From positions 124,001 through 188,000 of the forward strand of contig NIVC01000829.1 of assembly GCA_002269645.1 (NCBI GenBank): a stretch of DNA of 64,000 nt. The letters run 5' to 3'. The translations under genes were made by a program, and so were the position numbers. Shown here piece by piece: positions 35,601 to 48,445 of this stretch (the first letter of the stretch is position 1; every line of letters begins with the position of its first letter). Below the pieces are notes generated by a model. The model ran no database searches. It worked only from the letters and a program-made list of their open reading frames with translations, and was not told the DNA's origin. The DNA is from Macrostomum lignano. Its lineage: Eukaryota.

Positions 35601-36979
35601 GAAAAGATCAGCTTAAATTCAGGATAATCTGTAAATATAGTATCATGCTGAGTAAATATAGCGCTGTAAAAAAATTTGTGTATTTCAATTTTTTATGTAA
35701 TTGAAAGGAAATTTCTGGAAGTACTTATTATTGCTTAAAACGGTAATTCATTATACGAATAATCGATAATCCTATGGCGCATAATCCGGAGTAGAAATCA
35801 GCTGTCTCACATCAACAATGTTGACACTCGTGTGTTCTTGAAGTTACGAGTACGAGTAAATACGGGAAAAATGTTCTTCTCCTCTGCCCGTATCTGGCCA
35901 AGAAAATACATTTTATACAAAAATACATAAACTTAGTCTAGATTTTCTGCACAGGACAATTAGTGACTTAACTTCTGAACTTTCTAACTAGATCCAAAAT
36001 ATAAAAACTGAAAAAACTGAAAGATACTGTAGACTTATTGTAACACTCACAGACACCGAACTCAAATTCGAACCCTTCGTGGACAGTGCCGCTGTCAGTT
36101 GTAAAAATAAGTGTGACGCTATGCGAAAATGTGTATGATGGATGAAAACTTGTTTGCCCGCCCGATATCTCTTGCAGAGCCGTGCGCTGATATCCCGGAA
36201 CAAGTCCTGCATATATTCTAAGATAGTCGCAGCCAGATTCCGTGTCAAACTTTGTGAATCGAATGAAAACACTGAGATTTCTGGGAACGTATATACTCCA
36301 AGCCTTTTTGTAGTTATTGCTGTAGGAGCCCACATCTGCACGATGGCTCCGTCTGACACCGCTTCTCTGCCGAATGACCTCAGTAGCAGCTGAAATTCCA
36401 TTTGTCATCCGAGATCAAAATCAATCAGCAAAAGTGAACCAGAGTGTTAGCTGTTATAAACGTAAGGCATAAAATTCACCTGGAATCGATACCGACCGGC
36501 GTTCGTAAGAAAGCCGAAATCCGGATCTCGTGACAGAGCCGTCACTTCGAAACCTCACAACAAAGGGCGCATTCAGCCAGAACTCAGACTCAGTCACGTT
36601 TGCATGCACAAGTCGAAACCTCTCTGAGCTGTTTGAGGCTGAGGTCGCGTTTTCATAAATGAGCACTTTGTCGCAGCATGGCTCCACATCCAGCTTGCTG
36701 AATCGGATTCGGCTGACACCACGTGGTCGAATAGACCAGGAAACGTCCAAATTGTTTGAATACTGGCCTCCGTAGGAGGGGCACGCGATCGTTCCAGATG
36801 ACGAGGAAAGCGTCCCACCGGAGCAGCATTCTGTTTAGTAACCGAGCGTCGTTATAACAAGAGCGACTTATTTTGACTCTGATTAAAAAAGAATAAAACC
36901 TACCTGAAAATGGAAACCAACATAGCAAGCCAAAGACAGAGAGTTGAATGTAATGGAAAAATCTGGTGTCTGTTTTCAT
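32658..36979 (-). CDS. CUB-array paralogue 4: signal peptide + CUBx2 + two stalk modules + TM + Tyr tail, complete 13-exon model, 760 aa
   Basis: Exons 36904-36979 (MKTDTRFFHYIQLSVFGLLCWFPFS), 36480-36830, 36051-36389 (CUB1-2), 35468-35628, 35137-35284, 34807-34976, 34451-34601 (stalk 1), 33910-34073, 33603-33744, 33309-33475, 33083-33236 (stalk 2), 32781-33007 (TM: WERPLLAASSTTAVLAIIALVAVVACFVLM), 32658-32690 (PDDSTGVYVT*). Total 2283 nt; all phases compatible; no stops found. Confidence 0.85.
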
Positions 36980-38078
36980 CGCAGGCTGCTGGTAGAGCTG
37001 AAAGGCTCAGCAGAGTAACCTGAAAACTGCGGTTTCGATGTTCCTTTTCATATTTAAGCGCCAAAATCTTCTTTCTACTGAAGTAAAGCAAGTTCCAGTA
37101 AACAGGACATTAACTTTAGCTTGATTCTAATTGGAGTAAATAAAACCAGATCTGAATTCCATATGCTAATTTTGACTCAAGACTCCCAATTTTCGCTTAT
37201 TTGGTTGCTATAGTTTATGAATTTAAATTTAAATTTAATTTGAATTGCAAATCTTGAAATCACAGAATACTATCAAGGTGAAATTTTGCTGTTTCACAAC
37301 ACTGCATCTCAGAAACAAAACCCATTGAAACAGTTTCTGGTGTTTCTATGATGAAGATATGATATTTTTGCTATCAAAAAATTTTGAGTTGTAATCGATG
37401 TGGACTGTTGCGCTTATCTAATCAACTGGTAATTAACTGGTAATTAACTGGTGTTAATCTAAATTTTGAACGGACGAACGGTTCAAATTTCGTAAAAATT
37501 GTTCGAGCCGTTTTTTTCCAAAACCAATTACATATTTATCTAAGAGCTACCTACAGACTAACAAATCATTCTTTGGAATATAACTTAAGGCTCACTCATA
37601 CAAGCGCAAGGTTTTTTAAGCTCTGAGTAGGAAAGAGTTTACTCACAATTCCGAACCTTACGAATTTTTAAGTTTTATGATTGTACAGATGTCTTTACGG
37701 GAATTCTCTCTGTAATAAAAACCGTTTGGATGCAAAAATTATGCATGTATGACATTTAACAGCATCGTCTGTTTATCTTTCTTCGTTTAACTTTCCATTC
37801 CATTCTTGTTGCCTGAAGCCTGCAGCCTGTACACTCAGCCACCAACTTATGGTGTATAATTTTTTCCAAGAAGTTTGTAGCCTCTCGGCGACTTTATGCT
37901 AGACTACCACGTCATTCGCAGTGTAAACTTTTAATTGCGAAAAGTTACGAATAACAACTGATGCATGTATAGTGTCATTTGTTTATTTAGGCATTATTTA
38001 GGCATTTTTATTTAGGCGTTTTTTTAAAGAAGGGTTGAAATCTCGGTACAAGAATGTCTACTGAACAAACTAACTAAC

Positions 38079-38504
38079 CAAGATTCGGCAGGTGCAGCTG
38101 TAGCACAGAAGTACTGCTATTTAGCAGTGAGCATTCAATGACCGATCGTCCAATGAGCGATAGCTGAGCAACACCGAGAACTGTGAAATCACTGTGCCAA
38201 CGCACTTTGAGTTGGTGCTCGTGTTTTCCATCACCTGCGGGTGAGTTTCAAATGTAATTTTGCAGTAAGCTATATTTTGCATCGTCTAAAATGCAATCAA
38301 GGATCACTAAAAGTTACTGCCGCACAACTGAATCTTCTAGAGGTCCTTGAATGTGTTTCACCAACTCAACCGTTTAATCGGGGACGCAGGAGTGCTCACA
38401 TTATCAATGGAATATAATTTTGTATTTGGCTGGATAATATTGGCTTGAAAACCCAGAATGGCTGGTTCGAACACCGCTACGCTGTCGCAATATTTCCGTT
38501 GATT
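38079..38504 (-). pseudogene. CUB-array paralogue 5 relic
   Basis: 38404-38504: start of a CUB2-type exon (STEILRQRSGVRTSHSGFSSQYYPAKYK) ending in a stop. 38079-38234: stalk exon D homologue (KCVGTVISQFS / VAQLSLIGRSVIECSLLN) with a 1-nt frameshift. Confidence 0.7.
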
Positions 38505-40289
38505 CTAAGAAACAGAAAATGTACTTTTGAATACAGTATTCGTATGATTGATTGAAAAGCGAATTTTTATGCAATTTCATGCATCGTGAAGATGGCAGTA
38601 GCCTGGTCAGTGGCCCAGGCTCGATTCCAGGTGCAGTCGCCTGGCCGTGGCACATCAGAGCGCCGCGCTAGACCACTGGACGACCACTTCCGTTGCAGTA
38701 AATGTATTTATAGTGCTTTAGCCTTTAAGCGAATTCGAATGCTGGGTGTCAGGTACAATTTCCTGCCTATATTTGAAGTTTATAAGCCCTGGTGTTTCCT
38801 TGAACTGCAGCTTTTCTTTCTCATGATAAAGATTGGGCAAAGTTTTGTTTGATAAAATTGCAGAATCTGAACGTTTTAAAAAGCCATGCAGTTAAACATA
38901 TCAGTTGATATATTTCGGTAAAAATATTATGATTTCTGTATAACAACCTGTATAATCTGTATAACTGTTACTATTCGTTAATAAATTAATAGGCTTCATT
39001 CACTAGACTCATCATTAAGGGCTGACACAGAATCGTAGAAGTTTATGCCGATTGCTAAAAAGTTTTCTATGGGTTTAGGCAATTTGATGAAGACAGAAAC
39101 AGCAGAACGTGGATGACGGAGAATACATGTATAAATTTAATGAGCAAGGAGCAATCCAAACTCTAAGAAAGCAGGCGAATCAAAGGAAAGAAGGAGCAAG
39201 AGAAGAACGGTACGAGTAAAGGCAAGCAGACATAGACCGAAGAGCTGCTAGGTTAACGGCACTGTCATCAGAGATGTACCCGCGTAATCGCCGAGCTGCG
39301 CCCATCTCCCAGCATTGAGAGCAAACGTCGCTCCACCACGTCGGAGCGATCGCGTAGAGAAGCTGAAGATTCCAGTCTTGCAAAAAAACGCTGCAGGCGG
39401 TGGCGAACTTCCACTGAGTCAGAGGGCCACCAAAAAGGCGGCTCTGACGGACTAAGAATACGGGAAAGCTCTGAGACGTATCGAGAATTTGATTCAGCTG
39501 CCAGTGATGTCGGGGCGCAGCCACGGGGCGCAATTTGAGAGCAGCTGCTGAGGCTCGGATCCCTGATCGGGAGCTGGAGATGCTGTGGATGCGCTCACCG
39601 ATCTGCACTGTCTTTGAAGAACGAGCTACATAGATGGCCCGATTTCGGGTCATCCCGCCAGCCCCGAAGCAAACGGCTGCGCGTTTGCAAAAGTCCATAG
39701 CAAATCAACCATCATCTCAGCACACCCGTTCCCGACGGGAATGGCCCGATTTCGGGTCAGTGTCTAACAATGTTGCAAAGAGTAGATTACGCAAAAAAAT
39801 ATTATTAGCTTAGAGATGTCATACCTGTAATTATAATAACTCGTTTATAATAAAAATACTGCGGCAGTTTTCAACAAAACTGTAAAAATTGCTTTTACGA
39901 AGTAAGCTTGTTCCCAATGAAGCCGGAATAGTCTAATTACATGACTTATTAGGGACAGTTTTAAAGAGGGAAATGATTTACAGACTGAAGCATCTGCAAG
40001 ATACGAGTAAGCAGGCTGGTACAATGGGTAGGTATTTAGGTAGGTAGATAGGTAGGTAGATAGGTAGGTACATGCGGGTAGAGGATGAAATGAACGGCCA
40101 GTTAAGGGATTTGCCTGATTAGGAGACTCAGAACTGTGTTAGATGTACTTAAACGACTGTATTTAAGTCGAAAAAAGTTCATACACGAATGCAATGCATA
40201 ATAAACAGCAAATAACGAATAGACCTTAACATCAACAAATATCCGATTACGTAATGACGTTTTTGATTTGTCTAATGGTTTAAAGGTAA

Positions 40290-41600
40290 AAAATCTAATA
40301 GCTAGGCAAATTGCTGGGACTCCCGGGCAGGCTTTGCAAACAAAAACGGTCTTCTTGACCTGGCCAGCTGCATGGCACACACGACATCTTTCGCCTGGTC
40401 GGACCTGGTCTCCGATTCTTGGAGCCTTGCTTGGTGAATGGGCGTCGGCACCATCTCCTCCACCAATAGCAAGAGCACCAGCATCACCTGGTGCAGGGCC
40501 GCGTCTTCTGGCAGCCCCAGTGTCCTTGTCCTTCACAAGACTCTTTATTGCCATGCAGCCTCAAAATGCAGAAAAGTCTTTGTGCCACCTGACTGTCGGT
40601 AGATCACCCATGAGTTCCGCGCAGTCATCACAAGAAGATGAAATCCCAGCGTGTGGAACCAGCTCATGCTCTTTCGGTTCGCGAGGTACGGGTGCATTGA
40701 GACGTTTTTTTATACGCCAGGAGGTCACCTGAATGTGCGAATGAAGATGAAATTGGATGTTTGGTGACAGCCTGCAAATGCCGCGATCCTTCTGCACCGT
40801 CCCGGTCAGTAGCGTATAGTGTTGCAGCAACCAATCGGCCAGCTGGCGAGATGTGAACTAACCATCAGTGAATGCATGATGTCCAAGATGGAGGAGACTG
40901 CTTGCAGCACAGCTCTGCAACAACTCTCTCGCTCATACTCAAGCCTTGACATCCGAATTCTTCACCAAACTGTTGATTAACCTCAGGAGACGTGAGTATG
41001 ACGAAGTTCCATAAATATGAACTCTCAGTCTTGCAGAGGCAGTACAGCTCTATGCCATACTTGCTTCGCTTAGACGGGATATATTGCTTGAAAGCAACTC
41101 TCCCTTTGTAAAGCACCAGCGTCTCATCAATTGTAAGTCGCTGCCGGGGCATGTAGTCTTGCTGCAAAGACTTAGAAACGGAGGCAAGACAGGGGCTGCT
41201 TAAATCTGTCTCTTGATAGAGAGAAATGCTTGAAAAGAAACAGGTCAGGTCGGTGATCAGGTCGGTGGACCATTAGCTGGCTATTTCTGTCTCCTTGTCG
41301 ACTCCCATGAGCAGCGCAATACCCACCAACTTTCGAGCTTCATCAGTTGAGCAATCACGCCAGTTTAACACCAGCTTCGGTACAGCATCCCGGGTCTCTG
41401 CCTCCTGAAAGATCTTACAAGCTTTTACGATGGCTAATATCTTCAAACAGTTGATGGACAAAAATAGCTTCAGGAAAGCTCCTCCTTCGTTTCCATCCGC
41501 AGCATGTGGAGAATGCCAGTCAGGTTGTGCACTTGGGGTACCGAGAAATTCAAGTATCCATTATCTAGAAAATAACTATTTTCCATTATCTATTCGAATA
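40290..41600 (-). mobile_element. Degenerate piggyBac-family transposase
   Basis: LTIDETLVLYKGRVAFKQYIPSKRSKYGIELYCLC, GHHAFTDG*FTSRQLADWLL...LTGTVQKDRG, and a C-terminal Cys-rich CRVCH...TVFVCKACPGVPAIC, split by stops and frameshifts; TIRs not identified. Confidence 0.9.
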
Positions 41601-44600
41601 GAATGGACCGCTATCTAGAAAATGGGATTTTTGTCAGTACGATTGTATAGATAATGGGCTTGTTGGCATATATACATTGGGCCGTAGGAAATGTAAAATA
41701 AAAGTGTCTTCACGAAAGCAATCATATAATAATTACAAAAAAGCAAATAAACAAGAAAATAGCAAATAACAGTTTCATCAATTGGCTTCAATCAAAGTTC
41801 AAAATGTTTACTACAATCACTTGAAAAACACCACAACCCTCTCACCCCGTCAATCTCCACCTTGTCGACAGAACGTTTGTTTTTTCTCAGCAGGTGATGC
41901 AGTATCCTGACCTGTCGATCCAAGAGGTTCTACGCGAATGTCAATCTGTTGAGAGCTCGAGACAGCCAGAGACTAATTAGTTCTAGGGGCAGTGCCATCA
42001 CTGAGGAGTCTCAGCCATAACTCGACTCTGCGAACGAGATGCCTTGCAGATGTCCAGTTGTCGTAGATCTTCAGCCATCAGTATTATTATCAAGCGGTCT
42101 CCTAGGTGTGTCATCGCTCTTAACTCTTGTTACATTTTGAACTGGCTCCATATCCAGACCGGTTCATAATTGGTCGAACGACAAATCAATTTCGTGAAGA
42201 TCGACGTATAGCACGAGTTGCAAAGGTTAAAGCCTGCTTGGAACGGTCTCAAAGAAGACTTTGAAGAAGAATAGAAGGAGACCAGTCTCCGAGGGTCGAA
42301 ACTTGTTCAATTGGTAAGTGTTTAACAGATTAAGTTCTCTGTTGCTAGCGTTAATAAGTTTATTGATTTGCGCTGCAAATCGAGAGCCGCTGTTGTCGAC
42401 ACATCTGAGAAAGACCTTGTTATATCCTAGGATAATATTGATTAATTTGAGTTACCCGTTGCGTTTCGGACCCCACGAAGAAGACGCCCTTCAAGAGGAC
42501 CTATTACAGAAACTCTGAGAATTAAATTGCTCATTTGGACGCACGTTCTATTGTTAATTCCGAGCTTGAGGACGTCAAGACTTCTCATTCCCTATCGTTT
42601 TTGGTCGACTCACAGATAAAGTTAAGAACTCACGGAAGCAACCGTTCACCGGAGCCGGCCGCCGCTAGCGCTCAACAAAGCCAGCTACCCTCCAAACTAC
42701 AAGTTTCAGACGTCTGAAACCACAATAGGATCCGCTACAGTGAGATATTTGATTTTGCACATACATGTACCTATAGGCACTTGTTCTACAGTGTCTAGAA
42801 GTAGGAGCTTTCGAGTGAGTGATCACTATTTTTAAACTCTTCACCTGCAGATGAAGTTGTACACTGTTGAACGAAAGCAAATAGAGACATCGGAGAGGCA
42901 GAGTACGAGAGACTCTCCGTTGGCTGCTCAGAATTGCTTATTGTATGTTGATATGATAATAGTTTAGCCAAGACAAATTGGACTCTGGATTAAATCCGCC
43001 ATGCGACCCATATCGTCTCTGACAGGCGCGCACTGAGACGCTTCTAAAGACCCTTTGCTAGACCTTAGAATCCACCTCGCCCGCTTGAGGCCACTTCCTG
43101 CCCCTCTCTGAGCTTTTTCAGATAAGCGCTAAAAGTCTTTCTACAGCATCTTTTTATCTATGTACTAGCTATCTACATGTATATATATTCTTTATTGGGA
43201 CTTGTTATACTTAATCTTGCTGCTTAACTTAGTGCCGCCTAATAATAATAATTACCTAGTTTTCGGCCAAATATTTATACCGGCCCATTTAGTTCTATGT
43301 GTGAAACGGTATCTTAACTTCGTGACCTCGGAAGCACTTTATTTTGACCCTTAGAGGTCTATATCGAGAAGCGCTAGAGCAAACTCGAGCTAATTTCCAG
43401 CTTTAGAGCTTTTCCCGCGTAAAATCGCGGTGGTGGCAGCGACCTACTACTATTAGTAACACTCTCGAGAAACTTTAGTTTATTTTGAAGTGCCCCTCAT
43501 CGGCTACAAATCTCTGCATTCGGCCTCCTGAACGTCGGCATACTAGACCGCTCAGCCGCGACCACAGCTACCCTCCTCCTGAGCCTGAGAGGAACTCAGC
43601 AGCGGAGCTCCCCGTCATCTACAAGCCGAAATCTTCGTTAAGTTTGTTTGAAACGACAAAGCGCACCGATTCGAACGGACGAGAACGAACGAATTTCAAG
43701 AAGCCCAGTCAGAGAATAGTTTTCAACCCCCCCCCCCCGACCTCAAAATTTTTTACCTACTAGTTCCAGTTCGTAAAATGAATTTTGAAGAAGGCTAGTA
43801 GGAAGGAGCCTATTTGCAGTATTCTTCTTTACAAAGTTTCTACATACATTCTACTTAATTTTTACTTGGCAATTTTTATACTTAATAGCCTGTATAGCCA
43901 ATTGTGTAATTTTTATAGGGCCTACTTAAACTGTAGAAAAAGTATAACAAAGATTTAATATAATTTTTTAAAATAATAATTTTTATGTAGGCCTAATTAA
44001 GTACTATACAATGTATTATGCAAAAATATTACAATAGCTGATAGCTCTACAAATAATGTAAATATTAGCCTAATAATTTAACCATTTATAAATTCACAAG
44101 GTGTTGTTATGAACTTGTAAATGCATATAATAGGCTATTGCTATACCGCCTATACAATAGTGAGGCCAACATATATGATGATATGGCAATTCTACAGTTT
44201 TCCGCTTTTAATTATTTTTCAGCTTTTTCAAAAAATAACGGCATAGCAAGAATAAGAAATGATGATAAACTTATATAATAGTCACTCATGATGGTCACAA
44301 CAGTTTACATGGATAATAATGGCATATCCAATACAATGTGTTCCTGAATTGACACTCTTGGAACAGCCGGCGCCATAAAAACTCTTGGAGGTATATCTCC
44401 AATACCAGCTCCCAAAGACTGACATCTAAGGCAGCCAATGCATTGGCAGGTTCAATTTCTGCAGGTGGGATGACTGTCTTTGGTGCAGGTGCAGGACTAG
44501 CCGTTGCAGCTTAGCTAAAATGTAGAAAAAAAGCCAAAAATAATTAAAAGTGGAAAACTGTAGGATCGCTAATGATGCAACATGTTCAATGAAAAGACCC

Positions 44601-45857
44601 TTGCAAAAATGAATTATGTATAACATTTACAATGGCTAGCCTTAGTATATTCTACAAAAGAAACTTTTTTATATACCCATCTTGCACTATAGATTAAAAT
44701 AAAGTCACTCTTCAAAGGCATTCTTATTCAAAAGCATTTGCATTGATATTAATCTATACTTTAGAAAATGCTATATAGGCATAGGCCTAAACTAGAATTA
44801 TTTGGTATGCATTCTAAAACTTGAGTAGTTTCCTATTAGTTCTTATTAGTAGTTCCTAATAGTAGTTCCCTAAAACATTAGGGAAGTCTATCTTGAATCT
44901 AGGCTTCATTGATTTAAATTATCTTCTCAAAGAAAAATTCTTATTAATACTACTATGATTAAGCATATAGTCAAGCAAAGCACAAGTCAATTGTCTAATG
45001 TTACAATACAATACATATATGTATTGGTATAAAAAGACTTAAGGGCAGCCACTTCATTTAGTGCAACCTTGATAATGGAGTCATTTTTCTTTGTAACAGT
45101 CAGTGAGCCAGGTCTTAAAGTTGGCCGCGTGTTGTGTTTTGACAATACTAAGACACTAAAAGGTGCTCTTATTGTAATAAGAGCCATTATAGCTATCCCA
45201 CCTTTCTTCAAGATAAAAAAATCTGTCAATATATAATGCAGATATTTTTGCATGCATTTCTACTTGCATTAGTTTACTTTCAGTGGTCTGCTTATTATTG
45301 ACATTAGAATATACTAAAAATACAAAAATTATAAAAATTAAAAAGAAAATTTGAATTATTATGGCTTAACCTTAAGTTTAGAGCTTATTTATTGCTCAAG
45401 CTCTTGTTCACTTATTGTAGTCTACAATTTTCAAACTTCACTATAGACAAGCTATAGCAATAAGAAAAATGCCAAAATATACAACAGCAATAGGAAAATA
45501 TAGAAATAATACATTATATACAAAACAATAGACAAGCAATAAAAGTCTAGACTTTAATGAGAATAATGAGATGTTGAGTTGGAACTTTTTGATAAAAATT
45601 AAATAGTTCTAAGTATGTAATATGTGGGATATACTTTTAATCTTTTTTTCAAATGCCAAATGCTGCAACATGCTGTACACAAGATATATAGTATTGTCAG
45701 AGATCTGTACCCATGGATACATATGTTGCTTTATTTTCTTTTATTGATTATTGTATTTAGTTTTTCCCTTGCCTTTGTACCTCATAATGTAACAAAAAAA
45801 TAATAAAATTTCTTAAAAAATTATTTATTACAAGCAATGCTCTCAGTTCCAGAAATC

Positions 45858-48054
45858 ATGTTGAATTTGCACAAGAAGTCACAGGAGAACAAAAATTCTA
45901 ACAAATCTACATCAAAAAGTTCCCCAGCTTATTTGCGAGTGCAAAAAGGTAATAATGAAGACAATCATACACCAAATCTTGCTAAAAATAGCAGTAAACC
46001 CTTAAAGCTTTAAAAGAGGTAGCAATGGATATCCAAATGTCTTAAGATGAGTAGCAGTGGAACTCTACCCTGATATTCCTGAAGATAAGTGCCAGTGGAA
46101 CCTGAAGTTCGTGAAGATAAGTGCCAGTGGAACCTGAAGTTCCTGGAGATAAGTGCCAGCAAAACCCTGCCATGAAGTTTCTGAAAAGAAATGTCTGTGG
46201 AACCACCAAGTGTCTAAAGATAAGTTTGTGTGGAACCCTGAATTTTATTTGACAGACTTCTGACCATTTACGAAAGTTGATCGAAACTAAAAACTATTCT
46301 ATAATACGGCACTATATGATGTACTCATTTGATTGTAAATAATATTTCACCTCACCCTCAAGACCTGTCGGACATTGACACCAAGAACCACTGCACCCGC
46401 CTGACCTATCCAAATCCAAATGACCTCATGAACTTCAAATTGGCCATCGCACCAGACGAAGGCTTCTACAAAGGCGGTTTGTTTATCTTTAACTTTCACG
46501 TCACCGATCAGTATCCTCACGAGGCGCCCAAAGTGAAATGCGAAACTAAAGTCTATCATCCCAATATCGACTTGGAGGGCAATGTGTGTCTCAATGTGCT
46601 GCGCGAAGACTGGAAACCAGTGCTGTCAATCAACTCTGTCATCTACGGCCTGCAACTGCTGTTCCAGGTGACTTTTTGTCGGCCTGTTCCAGATCCCCAG
46701 TTTTAAATATCATATTTCAGTTCCTTAATTTTTAGATCCATGTTTCAGATCCCTGGTTTTAGATCCCAGATTTTGTTCCCATTTCAGATCCCAGATTTTG
46801 ATCCCATTTTAGGTCCCTAATTTTAGATCCCATGTTTAGATCCCTTTTTCTAGATCCCATGTTTCAGATCCCTGATTTTGATCCCATGTTTCAGACCCCA
46901 GATTTTGATCCTATTTCAGATCCCTGATTTTGATCCCATTTCAGATCCCTGATTTTGATCCCATTTCAGATCCCTGATTTGGATCCCATTTCAGATCCCT
47001 GATTTGGATCCCATTTCAGATCCCTGATTTTGATCCCATTTCAGATCCGAGATTTTGATCCCATGTTCAGATTCCTGATTTTAGATCCTATGTTCAGATC
47101 CCTGATTTTGATCCCATGTTCAGATTCCTGATTTTAGATCCTATGTTCAGATCCCTGATTTTGATCCCATGTTCAGATTCCTGATTTTAGATCCTATGTT
47201 CAGATCCCTGATTTTGATCCCATGTTCAGATTCCTGATTTTAGATCCTATGTTCAGATCCCTGATTCTAGATCCCATGTTTCAGATCCCTGATTTTGATC
47301 CCATGTTCAGATCCCTGATTCTAGATCCCATGTTTCAGACCCCATTTTAGATCCCATGTTCAGATCCCATTTTAGATCCCATTTTAGATCTTATTTTAGA
47401 TCCCATGTTCAGATCCCATTTTAGATCCCATTTTAGATCTTATTTTAGATCCCATGTTTAGATCCCATTTTATATCCCATTTTAGATCTTATTTTAGATC
47501 CCATGTTCAGATCCCATTTTAGATCCCATTTTAAATCTTATTTTAGATCCCATGTTCAGATCCCATTTTAGTTCTCATTTTGGATCCCTTTTTAGATCAC
47601 ACGTTCAAATCCTGGACTTTAAATCCCATTTTATATCCCATGTTCAGATCTCTGATTCTAGATCCCATTATCCCATGGTTGGATCCCATATTTTAAATGC
47701 CATGCGTCAGGTTCCAAATTTCAAATCCCTTATATTAGATCCCTTTAGTTAAGATCCCCACCGTGAGAGGCTCACATCAAATTCCCTATTTAACAGGCTT
47801 CCTGAAATTCTAAAAAGTAGAAATATATAAAAACCTTCACGTCAGACTACTTTAAGTAGACAAATTCAGCAGAAATAGTTTAGTATGCAACAATTCAATG
47901 TCTCCTACAGGAGCCAAATCCTGACGACCCACTAAATCGAGAGGCGGCCGAGGTGTTGAAGTCAAATAGGCGACTGTTTGAGCAGAATGTGCTCAGATCT
48001 ATGCGAGGCGGCTACGTTGGCGAAGAGTACTTTGAGAAGTGTCTGCTCAAATGA
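45858..48054 (+). CDS. UBE2M: NEDD8-conjugating enzyme Ubc12 (three exons)
   Basis: Exons 45858-45948 (…[10 protein letters not shown]; alternative in-frame ATG at 45837), 46363-46667 ([19 protein letters not shown]...[24 protein letters not shown]), 47911-48054 ([16 protein letters not shown]...RSMRGGYVG...CLLK*). Catalytic Cys present; closely matches the known Ubc12 sequence. Confidence 0.97.
46700..47750. repeat. GATCCC-based minisatellite (for example GATCCCATTTCAGATCCCTGATTTT) filling UBE2M intron 2
   Basis: Direct reading of the tandem array. Confidence 0.95.
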
Positions 48055-48445
48055 TTTCTAAAAGCAAACAGATTATATAAACCGAATGCTTTTGTAGTTG
48101 TAAATGTCAGTCCATCTTGGACTAGGGCTATCTGTATGCCTCGTTTATTTTTCTACTCAATAATTATGGCAAATGTGTGTTTCGGAAATATGCATCTGGC
48201 TTCGAAACTGCTTACTAATAATGTGTGTTTTGGTGCCTTTTTAATGTTATGGATGATAAAATATATGTATTATGCTGCCTGTTAATTCTGTGCTGTGTGT
48301 CATTTGTTGTTCAAAATTAAAGATTTGCCCAAGGCTTGTGATTTTTATTATTATAATAGTAAAAGTACATCGTAAATAGTTGCATAGTTAGTAAATCAAA
48401 TTGTCTTTCTTGCTTTGCTTGCTTAAATATTCATTTATGGCTTCT

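Noticed and set aside
43485-45253. Short ORFs upstream of UBE2M as a divergent neighbouring gene
   Set aside because: No consistent exon chain or recognisable protein could be assembled.
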